From positions 64,310 to 128,309 of the forward strand of contig CALRYC010000005.1 of NCBI GenBank assembly GCA_943372295.1: DNA of 64,000 nt. Direction: 5' to 3'. The position numbers and the translations under genes are program-made. Source of the DNA: Chitinophaga pinensis. GTDB lineage: Bacteria > Bacteroidota > Ignavibacteria > Kapaibacteriales > Kapaibacteriaceae. Under the pieces are notes generated by a model. That model did no database searches. It was not told the DNA's origin and was given only the letters and a program-made list of their open reading frames with translations. This document shows positions 38,670 to 47,608 of this stretch, piece after piece (positions within the stretch are counted from its first letter, which is position 1; each line of letters starts with the position of its first letter).

Positions 38670-39368
38670 TTATTGGTCTGCGCCGACGGATTTCGCATCG
38701 ACACGTACCGCAGGGCCCATCGTCGAGCTGAACGTGATGCTCTTGACGTACTTACCCTTCGATGACGATGGCTTGGCACGGACAACCGTTCCGACGAACA
38801 TCTGCAGATTCTCAAGCAGCTTGTCAGTGGCAAAGGAGCACTTGCCAACCGCCGCGTGAATGTTCCCCGCCTTGTCGACGCGGAACTCGATCTTTCCAGC
38901 CTTGACTTCGGCAACGGCCTTGGCGACGTCGAACGTCACCGTTCCGCTCTTTGGATTCGGCATCAGACCGCGAGGACCAAGAACACGGCCCAGCTTACCG
39001 ACTTCACCCATCACGTCAGGCGTGGCGATGATGATGTCGATGTCTGCCCAGCCCCCTTGCAGCTTCTCGATGTAATCCGAGAATCCCGCATGGTCCGCAC
39101 CCGCGTCGAGTGCTTCCTTATCCTTTGGAGCCTTGGCGATCACCAGCACACGAACCGTCTTGCCGGTACCGTGAGGCAATGCTACTGTACCGCGGACCAG
39201 CTGATCGGCCTTGCGTGGATCGACGCCGAGATTCATCGCGACATCGAAAGACTCGTCGAACTTCGCCGTTGCATTCTGTTTGACGAGTTCAACAGCCTTG
39301 TTGATGTCGAACGCCTGCGTGCCGTCGAATGACTTAACGGCCTTTTTGTAACGCTTCCCTTGTGCCAT
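38670..39368 (-). CDS. rplA: 50S ribosomal protein L1
   Basis: 232 aa from ATG 39368 ([16 protein letters not shown]...). The track start at 39539 adds 57 aa of implausible His/Arg-rich sequence overlapping rplK. Confidence 0.97.
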   Translation of the reverse strand: MAQGKRYKKAVKSFDGTQAFDINKAVELVKQNATAKFDESFDVAMNLGVDPRKADQLVRGTVALPHGTGKTVRVLVIAKAPKDKEALDAGADHAGFSDYIEKLQGGWADIDIIIATPDVMGEVGKLGRVLGPRGLMPNPKSGTVTFDVAKAVAEVKAGKIEFRVDKAGNIHAAVGKCSFATDKLLENLQMFVGTVVRAKPSSSKGKYVKSITFSSTMGPAVRVDAKSVGADQ

Positions 39369-39463
39369 GGAAGGATATCCTTTCGTGTTGTGCAAACGGC
39401 GCCTGCAACAGGCACCTCCAACAGTGGTTATTGTTCTGAAATAATGTTCGAGTAGGGGGCTAC

Positions 39464-39889
39464 TTAGTCTTGGACCGTGATGCCCATCGAGCGCGCTGTG
39501 CCTGCGATCATGCTGATGGCACTCTCTTCGGTGTGACAATTCAGGTCCTGCATCTTGATCTTCGCGATCTCAGCAAGCTGAGTTCTGTTGACCTTGCCAA
39601 CCTTGTCGCGGTGGGGCGCAGCAGAGCCCTTGTCCAGCCCGGCAGCCTTCATCAGAAGAATCGCCGCTGGTGGAGACTTTATCTCGAACGTGAAGCTCTT
39701 GTCACTGAAAAACGTGACGAGCACCGGCAGAATCATGCCCGGCTGCTTGGCCGACTTGGCATTGAACTGCTTTACAAACTCCATACCCGCAAGGCCGCGC
39801 TGGCCGAACGCTGGTCCAACCGGCGGTGCCATCGTAGCCTCTCCAGCCTTGAGCTGGAGCTTGAAGGTACCCATGACTTTTTTTGCCAT
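39464..39889 (-). CDS. rplK: 50S ribosomal protein L11
   Basis: 141 aa. [32 protein letters not shown] is canonical L11. Confidence 0.97.
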   Translation of the reverse strand: MAKKVMGTFKLQLKAGEATMAPPVGPAFGQRGLAGMEFVKQFNAKSAKQPGMILPVLVTFFSDKSFTFEIKSPPAAILLMKAAGLDKGSAAPHRDKVGKVNRTQLAEIAKIKMQDLNCHTEESAISMIAGTARSMGITVQD

Positions 39890-39944
39890 GTCAAATATCC
39901 TTTCGTGGTCTGCGGCAGGTGTTGCCTGCCTCCCACATCATGAG

Positions 39945-40508
39945 TTAATGGTTTTCGATCTCGACCTGATGGAAGTCCAGCTCTATCGGCGTCTTGCGGC
40001 CGAGGATCCCGACTTCCACCTTCAACTTTTGCTTTTCTACGTTGACCTCTTTGACAGTTCCGTTGAAATTGGCAAACGGCCCATCAATGACCTTCACCGG
40101 ATCACCCTCACGGAATGATGTCTCAGCAGTTGTGATGTCCTTGCGCTCTTCCACACGGCCAAGAATCCGATCGACCTCTTCCTTCTGCAATGGCTGCGGC
40201 CCGGAAGTCGTGCCAGCAAACGAAACGATCGACGGTAGCGACAAAACGACATCGCGCAGACGCGTGTCGAGTGACAACTCGATCAGGATGTACCCCGGAA
40301 GAAAGTTCTTTACACGTGTGCGGCGCTTCCCCCCTCTTACCTCAAAGACCGTCTCGGTGGGAATGATGATGTTTAGAACGCGGTTTTCAAGCCCTAGCCG
40401 CGTCATCTCGTTCTCGATGGCAGTCTTCACCCTCGCCTCATGACCGGTAAAGGTCCGTAAGGCAAACCAGCGAGGTTCAGGCAATTGTTGTGCGGCGGCG
40501 TCGGACAT
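39945..40508 (-). CDS. nusG: Transcription termination/antitermination factor NusG
   Basis: 187 aa from ATG 40508 (the track TTG start at 40526 abuts the secE stop). WFALRTFTGHE (NGN domain) and C-terminal KOW FREGDPVKVIDGPFANFNGTV. Confidence 0.95.
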   Translation of the reverse strand: MSDAAAQQLPEPRWFALRTFTGHEARVKTAIENEMTRLGLENRVLNIIIPTETVFEVRGGKRRTRVKNFLPGYILIELSLDTRLRDVVLSLPSIVSFAGTTSGPQPLQKEEVDRILGRVEERKDITTAETSFREGDPVKVIDGPFANFNGTVKEVNVEKQKLKVEVGILGRKTPIELDFHQVEIENH

Positions 40509-40522
40509 CGAGAGGATCCCAA

Positions 40523-40705
40523 TCAATAAATGAACTCGAGCAGGAAGACCACACCACGGTCAATGACAAACACCAGGGCCGCAAAGACCAGACATGTAGC
40601 CACAACCACCACGGTACTTTCGCGAAGCTGTTCCTGAGTTGGCCAGGAGACCTTCTTCATCTCCTTGCTCACATCCGTGAAAAATCCCCGAATTGCATCA
40701 ATCAT
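40523..40705 (-). CDS. secE: Preprotein translocase subunit SecE
   Basis: 60 aa from ATG 40705: MIDAIRGFFTDVSKEMKKVSWPTQEQLRESTVVVVATCLVFAALVFVIDRGVVFLLEFIY. GGAGG lies 8 nt upstream. The track ORF extends over tRNA genes and is rejected. Confidence 0.9.
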   Translation of the reverse strand: MIDAIRGFFTDVSKEMKKVSWPTQEQLRESTVVVVATCLVFAALVFVIDRGVVFLLEFIY

Positions 40706-40745
40706 CTCATGTCCTCCGATCTGCGGTAAGCATTCGTAAACGTTG

Positions 40746-40818
40746 CACGGGCGGCAGGATTCGAACCCGCGGCCTGCGGTTTTGGAGACCGCTGCTCTAC
40801 CAGCTGAGCTACACCCGT
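40746..40818 (-). tRNA. tRNA-Trp (anticodon CCA)
   Basis: Acceptor ACGGGTG/CGCCCGT, anticodon stem GCGGT/ACCGC with loop CTCCAAA, T-loop TTCGAAT. 73 nt. Canonical position just upstream of secE. Confidence 0.9.
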
Positions 40819-40837
40819 ACGTGATTGTCAAATCAAG

Positions 40838-40910
40838 AGCTGATGACCGGGATTGAACCGGTGACCTCCACCTTACCAAGGTGGTGCTCTACCAACTGAG
40901 CTACATCAGC
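40838..40910 (-). tRNA. tRNA-Thr (anticodon GGT)
   Basis: Acceptor GCTGATG/CATCAGC, anticodon stem CCACC/GGTGG with loop TTGGTAA, T-loop TTCAATC. 73 nt. Confidence 0.9.
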
Positions 40911-40988
40911 GACATGGTCTGTCGCAGACACCAAAGCCCTTCAGCGCACAGACCAATGGCCCGACGCCTCAGGGGACTTTCGCATCAG

Positions 40989-41061
40989 AGCGGGAGACGA
41001 GACTCGAACTCGCGACCAACAGCTTGGAAGGCTGTGACTCTACCAACTGAGTTACTCCCGC
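40989..41061 (-). tRNA. tRNA-Gly (anticodon TCC)
   Basis: Acceptor GCGGGAG/CTCCCGC, anticodon stem ACAGC/GCTGT with loop CTTCCAA, T-loop TTCGAGT. 73 nt. Confidence 0.9.
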
Positions 41062-41094
41062 ATGTACAGCCATTGCTCGCGCAGATGGCGGCTG

Positions 41095-41177
<83 letters not shown>

Positions 41178-41192
41178 CAACAACAGAGCCGG

Positions 41193-41224
41193 CAAAGTTA
41201 GGGGTCGGGGGAAAACTATGCAAA
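41193..41224 (-). promoter_or_regulatory. Bacteroidetes-type promoter for the tRNA-secE-nusG-rpl operon (TTTG-N20-TAacTTTG)
   Basis: Minus strand cgaTTTGcatagttttcccccgaccccTAACTTTGccggctctgttgttg, then tRNA-Tyr. The -33 TTTG is at 41224..41221 and the -7 box at 41200..41193, ending 15 nt upstream of the tRNA 5' end. Confidence 0.55.
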
Positions 41225-41244
41225 TCGGAAGTCAAAAAGACGGC

Positions 41245-42372
41245 TCAGGACATGTAAGCCACGAACTGCTCGAACAGATAGTCCGAATCGTGTGGGCCGG
41301 GGCTGGCCTCGGGGTGATACTGGACGGCAAAAGCCGGCACATCCCGCAACGCAATGCCGGCACACGTTTCGTCATTGAGGTTCATGTGCGTCATTTCCGC
41401 CCTGTCCGGCAGGGATAGCGGATCGACCGCAAAGCCGTGATTCTGGGAAGTGATCTCGATTGATCCTGTGCGGAGATTCTTCACCGGGTGATTAGCACCA
41501 CGGTGGCCAAACTTGAGCTTATACGTAGAAGCACCTACGGCTAGCGATAGGATCTGGTGGCCAAGGCAGATTCCGAAGATCGGAGTACGCCCCAGAAGCC
41601 CCCTGACCGTCTCGATGGCAGCTGTAACGGCGGCTGGGTCCCCGGGACCGTTACTGAGGAAGACGCCGTCCGGTTGCATGTCCAGAACCTGCTCTGCCGA
41701 TGTGGTTGCAGGCACAACGGTAACGTCGCAGCCGAAATGGTGCAGCCGTCGCAGGATATTGCGCTTGACGCCGAAATCGATCGCTACGACTCTCTTGCGA
41801 TCCACGCCGGCAGCAACTTCGGGTCGGTAATCCCACTCACCTGGCTGGCCACCGGACCACAGGTAGGGGGCCTGCGTGGTGACCAGCGGCGTGAGGTCAA
41901 GGCCGTTCATGGACGGCACCTGACGCGCACGCTCAACAAGCTCGCGTCCATCGAGATTCTCGCCATGGGCGATCACGCAGCGCATCGCCCCCTCCGAGCG
42001 TAGGATGCGCACGATCATTCGCGTATCGACGCCTTCGATCCCGGCAATCCCCTGGTCCTCTAAGTAGGTTTGCAGAGACCCTGTTGCGCGGTAGTTCGAG
42101 ACGACGGGAGACAACTCATGCACTACCAGGCCGGTGGCCTGAATGTGGTCTGACTCGACGTCATCACTGTTAACACCGTAATTGCCGATATGTGGGTAGG
42201 TGAACGTAACGATCTGCCCCTTGTAAGAGGGGTCCGTGAGGATCTCCTGATACCCAGTCATCGCGGTATTGAACACCAGCTCGCCGCTGCATTCCGCTCC
42301 TATGGCCCCAATTGCCAGACCCTCGACGGTGACGCCGTTTTCAAGGGCAAGGATGGCCGTGGGGCGGGGCAT
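41245..42372 (-). CDS. carA: Carbamoyl-phosphate synthase small (glutaminase) subunit
   Basis: 375 aa. [38 protein letters not shown], class-I amidotransferase GICLGHQ and HRGANHPV. Confidence 0.95.
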   Translation of the reverse strand: MPRPTAILALENGVTVEGLAIGAIGAECSGELVFNTAMTGYQEILTDPSYKGQIVTFTYPHIGNYGVNSDDVESDHIQATGLVVHELSPVVSNYRATGSLQTYLEDQGIAGIEGVDTRMIVRILRSEGAMRCVIAHGENLDGRELVERARQVPSMNGLDLTPLVTTQAPYLWSGGQPGEWDYRPEVAAGVDRKRVVAIDFGVKRNILRRLHHFGCDVTVVPATTSAEQVLDMQPDGVFLSNGPGDPAAVTAAIETVRGLLGRTPIFGICLGHQILSLAVGASTYKLKFGHRGANHPVKNLRTGSIEITSQNHGFAVDPLSLPDRAEMTHMNLNDETCAGIALRDVPAFAVQYHPEASPGPHDSDYLFEQFVAYMS

Positions 42373-42397
42373 GCGATTCTCCGTTTACCTGTGCGAA

Positions 42398-43024
42398 ATG
42401 TGCGTGCGAAAATACCCCTCCGAGTCCTATTTTCACCACAGGAGAATCGCCTTCAGCTTACGTAGTGCCCACATCGCAGAACATCATTCCGGTCCGACAA
42501 CGACCGTTGAGGCTTCGTCGCTCTTTGGCAAGGTTCTGATCCTGAACCAATCCTATGAGCCGATCAGCATCTGTAGCGCAAAGAAAGCGCTGATGCTACT
42601 GTTTCTGACAAAGGCCGAACTCGTCGAGCAACATGCCAATCGGTCAGTTCGCACAGTACGCACGGCCTACCCGTTTCCTTCAGTCATCCGACTGTGCGCC
42701 TATCTGCGTGTACCGTTCAAGAAGATCGAACTGTCCCGCAAGAATGTTATGCGACGCGATGGCATGCGATGTAACTACTGTGGCTCTGGTGCTGCGCCCC
42801 TGACGATGGATCACATTATACCACGGTCACGCGGCGGGATGGATTCCTGGGAGAATCTTACGACGGCATGCATCCGGTGTAACAACAGAAAGGGGAACCG
42901 CACTCCGGAGGAAGCCGGAATGCGGTTGTTGACATCACCAAAGCGCCCCCACCACGTGCTCTTTCTCAAGCATGCAATGGGTACGGTGGACGACACTTGG
43001 CGTCCTTATCTGTTTATGGATTGA
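42398..43024 (+). CDS. HNH endonuclease family protein (COG1403-like)
   Basis: VLILNQSYEPISICSAKKALMLL..., CNYCG...LTMDHIIPRSRGG...WENLTTACIRCNNRKGNRTP (HNH with a Cys4 zinc site). The start is uncertain: the track start at 42269 overlaps carA, so the first non-overlapping ATG (42398) was chosen. Confidence 0.7.
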   Translation: MCVRKYPSESYFHHRRIAFSLRSAHIAEHHSGPTTTVEASSLFGKVLILNQSYEPISICSAKKALMLLFLTKAELVEQHANRSVRTVRTAYPFPSVIRLCAYLRVPFKKIELSRKNVMRRDGMRCNYCGSGAAPLTMDHIIPRSRGGMDSWENLTTACIRCNNRKGNRTPEEAGMRLLTSPKRPHHVLFLKHAMGTVDDTWRPYLFMD

Positions 43025-43029
43025 TGTGC

Positions 43030-45975
43030 TTACTGGACCACGAGCGGCTCTGACGTCACAGAACCCGTCATGCTCCTTGCCACAACTCGATAGTAGCCTG
43101 CGGACAGATGTGAAATGTCGAGAGCCAAGCTGCCTTCAACGCCGTTCTCTGATGCCAGAACACGACCGTTGACATCAACGATGTGCACACCTTCGCATCG
43201 CTCGCGCAGCCAGATCTCTACACGCCCATCCGTGACCGGATTATTCAAAAGCGTCAGCATCTGGCGGCTACCCTCTTCGTCAACCGACGTCGTGGAGCCG
43301 AACTCCAACCGGTACCATGGCGTTCGATGTTCGGCTGTTGACAGAAGCGCTGTGAACTTTCCGCCTGTACGTTTCGCGACGCCGATCCGTGTGCCAGTGG
43401 GCCGACCGTCAAATCCAAGCGGTATGATCGTCAGCGAGTCAAAGGTTGGCGCCGTCAGCGTGATCCGCATCGAGACGCCCTCCATCTGCACCGGCCCCTT
43501 GCCCCAAACACGGAGATTCTGATTCATATCATCGAAGATCGCTCCTGCATTCAGCGCCCGTGTGCTGATGGTCAGCAGTGCCCGTTCTGATTGTCCAAGG
43601 GGCTTTACTGTCTGCGAAGCAATGGCTACCATGGCATGAGGAGCTGTGGTTGTCTGTTCAACAGACATGCCCGACATGGTAATGATCTGACCTGTTAGCG
43701 GCCCCATCACGGCGCAGTGTGTGGGCGTCTCGACTCGCAGGATACTCTTGGTGGCGTCGCGGAATATCTGCCCATTCTCTGCATCAAGAGCCGCAAGATC
43801 CACATCGCCCGAGAGTGCCGATACTTCAAGATGCGGCAGGAACGATGACTGAGGCATTAGCGTCTGATTGATCGACACACGGCGGAATAGCGGGATGCGC
43901 TGATCGGTGTTGACAGTCAGTCCGAACGGTGACTGCACATGAAACTGTGGCAGTGTGACGGATTCAGCAGAGTGATCGATGACGAGTTCCTTGGCCGACG
44001 GCACAACGGCACCGCTGCGCATCAGTGACGACGTCCATGGGAACATCGAGAGAACATTCGGCTTGTTGCGAAGCATCCAGTAGTCGAGGGAGTCGACCGT
44101 CGTTCCTCCGATACGCCCGTTGTCCGACAACACACTGAAGAACACTCCGTCCCAGTCCTGCAGGCCGGCATAAGACGGCAGGTAGGCCATCAGCTCCGAC
44201 ATATGCGGACGTGGATACTGCACAGATGCGTGAGATACGACAAAGGCCTTGCCCTTGGGACGCACCTGAGCGTGAGCATAAAGGCCTCCGCCGTATGGAT
44301 CTGCAGCGATACTGCCAGCCTCTGAGCGCCATTCGACATTGGAAAAGACGTCGTACTCACGGGCGGCATCCAGCTCATAGAAGCTCACAAGTCGAGAAGA
44401 CGGACACAGCAGCACCTGACTCTTGAGTGTATCACGGACCATTCGACGAATGCCCGTCAGCATCGACCGGAAGTTCTCGTAAACAAAGCGTGCATTGTCC
44501 TTTGCACGGCCAACCGTGATCTCACCGTCGAGCAACGTCGACATGCGAATGTTGTTCATTCCAAGATTCTCTCCGCTGCGAACACCGCTGCGAGTGACCT
44601 CGCGCAGCTGAACGTCATCAACAAACACATCTCCTGAATCTGCACCAAGGAAGAATCCCAGCCCGGCTGTCGTTGAGTCCGATACCGTGGCCGTGAAGGT
44701 GTAGGTGTACTTCTTCCATGCCGAGGAGATCGCCATGGTCTGCGCAAGCCCGTAGGAGTTGTAGGGTGGGGTGCCGTTGAACACATACAGGAAGATCTCG
44801 CGGCTGCCACGCTGCGGGGTCGTCTTTGCCCAATAGCTGAGCTCGTAGGTCTGAAGATGCCGCATGACTGGCAGGCGCTGCACGAGCTGGATGGAATAGG
44901 ATGCGCGGCCAGGATCAAGCCTGTTGATGCGAACACGGCCCGAAGATGTGCCTTGCTGCTTGTCGGCATCACTGAACTGGAGCAGCGCTTGCGCCCCCCT
45001 CGTATTGTCGATGCTCAAGATCCAGGCACTGTTGAACGGATCTTCGAAGTCGCCGTTAAGAACCACATTCTGGGTCGATCTGGCCGTTGACTGCCAGGCG
45101 CTGGCTAGGGCTGCATCTGTCTTGTATGTCGACTCAAGCCAGGCATTCCACAGAGAGTCAATATGGGCAACGTGCAGCTGTCCCGTCGATGTTGTCGAGC
45201 CATTCGGGTTCGGGCGAACAATGTCGTTTGTATACAGCCAGAACGCAGCCGGCGAGGCATCCTCAGCAGCGATGACATACGCAAGTGCAGGATCATCCTT
45301 ATAGGCGATGTCCGTAAACGTGTTTACGTGCGAAAGCAGTGCACGCACGACGTCTCGTTGAATCTGCTGAATGCGGCGATTGAACAAGACCGGAACGCGC
45401 GCGCCCCATCCGGTGGAATCCGGCTGCAGCACGCCATCGCCCTGACGTGGCGTCCACGTGGACTGGAAGGTGAAGACGTAGTAGATACCGTGCTGGCGAA
45501 GCTGGTGCATGAACCAGTCGAATTTTTGCATCTGTACGGGGTCAAGACCATCCTGCAACGTCGATGGCGTGCTGGCACGGAAGATGCTCACCGCAGACCA
45601 GACGTTCACGTCAAAGCTGTTAAGCCGAACACAGTTGATTCCGAGTGCTCGAAGCCGACGTGCAATTACAACTGCATTCGCACTGTCGGGCATTGCCGTG
45701 AGCCACTGCAGTGTTGTGCCAACCAATCGCAGGCGTGACCCATCGGCAAATCCCAGATGTCCATCGGAGGTGAGAACCACACGCCCCCTGGCACCGGCAA
45801 CCTCAGCCGGCATCGCTACAAGCGACGTATCGAGGTCCGCCTCGTGGTCGATCGCAAATGGATACGGATTGGCAAGGGGCTGAGCATTCATCGTGATGCC
45901 GGCACCGAACAGTGCACACAGCGCGATCATCGATGGCAGAAGTCGGCGAGACTTACAGGACATTGAAAACCTCAT
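43030..45975 (-). CDS. Secreted TIM-barrel (clan GH-A-like) protein with CBM4_9-like module and T9SS C-terminal sorting domain
   Basis: 981 aa. Sec signal MRFSMSCKSRRLLPSMIALCALFGAGITMNAQ. GINCVRLNSFD...HGIYYVFTF...AYVIAAEDASP is GH5-like, but AE replaces the expected NE. NVVLNGDFEDPFNSAW...YELSYWAKT (CBM4_9-like). C-terminus LLNNPVTDGRVEIWL...AGYYRVVARSMTGSVTSEPLVVQ. ATGA overlap with the DUF1501 stop. Confidence 0.7.
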   Translation of the reverse strand: MRFSMSCKSRRLLPSMIALCALFGAGITMNAQPLANPYPFAIDHEADLDTSLVAMPAEVAGARGRVVLTSDGHLGFADGSRLRLVGTTLQWLTAMPDSANAVVIARRLRALGINCVRLNSFDVNVWSAVSIFRASTPSTLQDGLDPVQMQKFDWFMHQLRQHGIYYVFTFQSTWTPRQGDGVLQPDSTGWGARVPVLFNRRIQQIQRDVVRALLSHVNTFTDIAYKDDPALAYVIAAEDASPAAFWLYTNDIVRPNPNGSTTSTGQLHVAHIDSLWNAWLESTYKTDAALASAWQSTARSTQNVVLNGDFEDPFNSAWILSIDNTRGAQALLQFSDADKQQGTSSGRVRINRLDPGRASYSIQLVQRLPVMRHLQTYELSYWAKTTPQRGSREIFLYVFNGTPPYNSYGLAQTMAISSAWKKYTYTFTATVSDSTTAGLGFFLGADSGDVFVDDVQLREVTRSGVRSGENLGMNNIRMSTLLDGEITVGRAKDNARFVYENFRSMLTGIRRMVRDTLKSQVLLCPSSRLVSFYELDAAREYDVFSNVEWRSEAGSIAADPYGGGLYAHAQVRPKGKAFVVSHASVQYPRPHMSELMAYLPSYAGLQDWDGVFFSVLSDNGRIGGTTVDSLDYWMLRNKPNVLSMFPWTSSLMRSGAVVPSAKELVIDHSAESVTLPQFHVQSPFGLTVNTDQRIPLFRRVSINQTLMPQSSFLPHLEVSALSGDVDLAALDAENGQIFRDATKSILRVETPTHCAVMGPLTGQIITMSGMSVEQTTTAPHAMVAIASQTVKPLGQSERALLTISTRALNAGAIFDDMNQNLRVWGKGPVQMEGVSMRITLTAPTFDSLTIIPLGFDGRPTGTRIGVAKRTGGKFTALLSTAEHRTPWYRLEFGSTTSVDEEGSRQMLTLLNNPVTDGRVEIWLRERCEGVHIVDVNGRVLASENGVEGSLALDISHLSAGYYRVVARSMTGSVTSEPLVVQ

Positions 45976-47591
45976 CGAGCGATCTGAATTGTGGTATGGG
46001 TGACGGTTCTGCCTGCGTGCAGCGAGATGACATAGGTCCCACTGGAAAGGCCCTGCAACTCGAGCCGCGCAACGCCTGTCCAGGCGTCTACCGGCGCAGA
46101 GGCCTGCCGGCCCCCTCGCAGATCGGTCAGGACAAGATGGGCATCCGCATTCTGATCGATGTTTACGCGTACGACCACGAAGTCGGAAGCCGGGTTGGGT
46201 CCGACGCTAATGAACGTTGCACGCGGATCGGCATCATTGACGCTAACGGGCTTCGACTTGAAGAGCTCGGGAGCTCGTGATCCAAAATCCCTGAAAAGTA
46301 GCTGCTGCTGGGTGCTGGCGGGCACGCCGAACCACTGCAGAAGCACACTCGCATACACATCGCGATAGTCATACTGCATCAACATGTCCCCGATCGGATC
46401 GAGGTTGACAAGGTCCGGGTTGCTGCCGTAGATCTTTCCACCATTGACCTGCGCGCCGAAGGCAAACAGAGGAGCGGCCGTACCGTGGTCGGTGCCAACG
46501 CTGCCGTTTTCGTACACCCGGCGTCCGAACTCGGAGAACGTCATCCCCGATACGCGCTGATCGTGACCGCGATTCTTCATCTCCTGCATGAATACCTGAA
46601 CGGCATCCCCGAGCTCACGCAGCAGGTTTGAATGCGTTCCCAGGGTCGCGTCGTCGGTTGACGTCTGGCTAGCGTGCGTGTCAAAGTTGTTGTTGGCCCA
46701 CGAGATCAGGAAGATCCGCGAGCGCAGTCCGCCACTGATCAGCTGCGAGACCACCTTGAGCTTGGCACCGATGTCGGTGGTTGGGAAGGTGACAGTCGGC
46801 GTGCCGGATTTGTCATTGGCGTCTTTGACGACCGAGGCATAGACATCGGCGCTACGCGCGATGTTCCGCATAAAGGTCACCTCACGTCCGGCCGGTGAAT
46901 CGGACTGTTCACTGCTCGGCACCTCACCGGCACCGCCGCCGCCATTGACCAGTCGATAGAACTCATCAGGATCACGGAAGCTGATGCCCATCGGGCCGGC
47001 AGCTCCAAGTAGTCCGAGGGACGTGGCATTACCGATCTGCACCGCCAGCGGATGTGCCGGCAGTTCCGTCGGATAGGAGGGGGCCAGCGTCTGCAGGTAA
47101 CGTCCAACCCACCCTGTCGAACCCATGACATCGGCATCGGTAGCCGTCAGCCAGATATCCGTTCCGCGGAAATGCGACCGATCAGGGTTGGGATACGTCA
47201 CACCCTGCACAATGGCGAGCTTACCCTCATCGTACAAAGCACGGAAACCTGTAAGCGCCGGATGCCAGCCAAGAGTATCGTTGATACGAAGCGTCTTGTT
47301 CTTCGGGATGGCGATCGTCGGACGCCTGTCATAGTAGAGCGGATCCGAGTGCGGCACAACGGTGTTGAGGCCATCATTGCCCCCTGCCATCTGGATCAGA
47401 ACAAGCACACGGTCCTGCTCTTCCAGAAGCTGGTGCAGGCGTGGATCGCCCCCTGCCATAGCCTGAATGCTTAACGAGTCGATGAGCGTCGGCAGCGTAG
47501 CCACGGCCATACTGCCGCCAGCCGCACTACGCAAGAATGAGCGCCGATGCATTCGACGTTCGGACGACTGATCGTTTGATGGAGTTTTCAT
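45972..47591 (-). CDS. DUF1501 (sulfatase/phosphatase-superfamily-like) protein with twin-arginine signal and T9SS C-terminal sorting domain
   Basis: 539 aa from ATG 47591 (MKTPSNDQSSERRMHRRSFLRSAAGGSMAVATL...). HRRSFLR fits the S/T-RRxFLK Tat motif. VLIQMAGGNDGLNTVVP and GTDHGTAAPLFAFG are DUF1501 hallmarks. C-terminus VGPNPASDFVVVRVNID...GTYVISLHAGRTVTHTTIQIAR is CTD-like. Confidence 0.85.
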   Translation of the reverse strand: MKTPSNDQSSERRMHRRSFLRSAAGGSMAVATLPTLIDSLSIQAMAGGDPRLHQLLEEQDRVLVLIQMAGGNDGLNTVVPHSDPLYYDRRPTIAIPKNKTLRINDTLGWHPALTGFRALYDEGKLAIVQGVTYPNPDRSHFRGTDIWLTATDADVMGSTGWVGRYLQTLAPSYPTELPAHPLAVQIGNATSLGLLGAAGPMGISFRDPDEFYRLVNGGGGAGEVPSSEQSDSPAGREVTFMRNIARSADVYASVVKDANDKSGTPTVTFPTTDIGAKLKVVSQLISGGLRSRIFLISWANNNFDTHASQTSTDDATLGTHSNLLRELGDAVQVFMQEMKNRGHDQRVSGMTFSEFGRRVYENGSVGTDHGTAAPLFAFGAQVNGGKIYGSNPDLVNLDPIGDMLMQYDYRDVYASVLLQWFGVPASTQQQLLFRDFGSRAPELFKSKPVSVNDADPRATFISVGPNPASDFVVVRVNIDQNADAHLVLTDLRGGRQASAPVDAWTGVARLELQGLSSGTYVISLHAGRTVTHTTIQIAR

Positions 47592-47608
47592 GGTACTCGT
47601 CTCCCTGG

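Noticed and set aside
39369-39539. N-terminal extensions of rplA (and similarly murQ 17184..17258, the DUF1501 gene 47592..47696, the permease 55053..55226, groES 62185..62259, tcdA 58531..58572, and the HNH gene 42269..42397)
   Set aside because: The extensions overlap upstream genes or regulatory elements and encode atypical sequence. The internal ATGs give canonical N-termini or signal peptides and tidy ATGA or short-gap junctions.
40706-40879. N-terminal extension of the secE ORF (118-aa track entry)
   Set aside because: The extension is read through tRNA-Trp and tRNA-Thr. An internal ATG at 40705 with a GGAGG box gives a normal 60-aa SecE.
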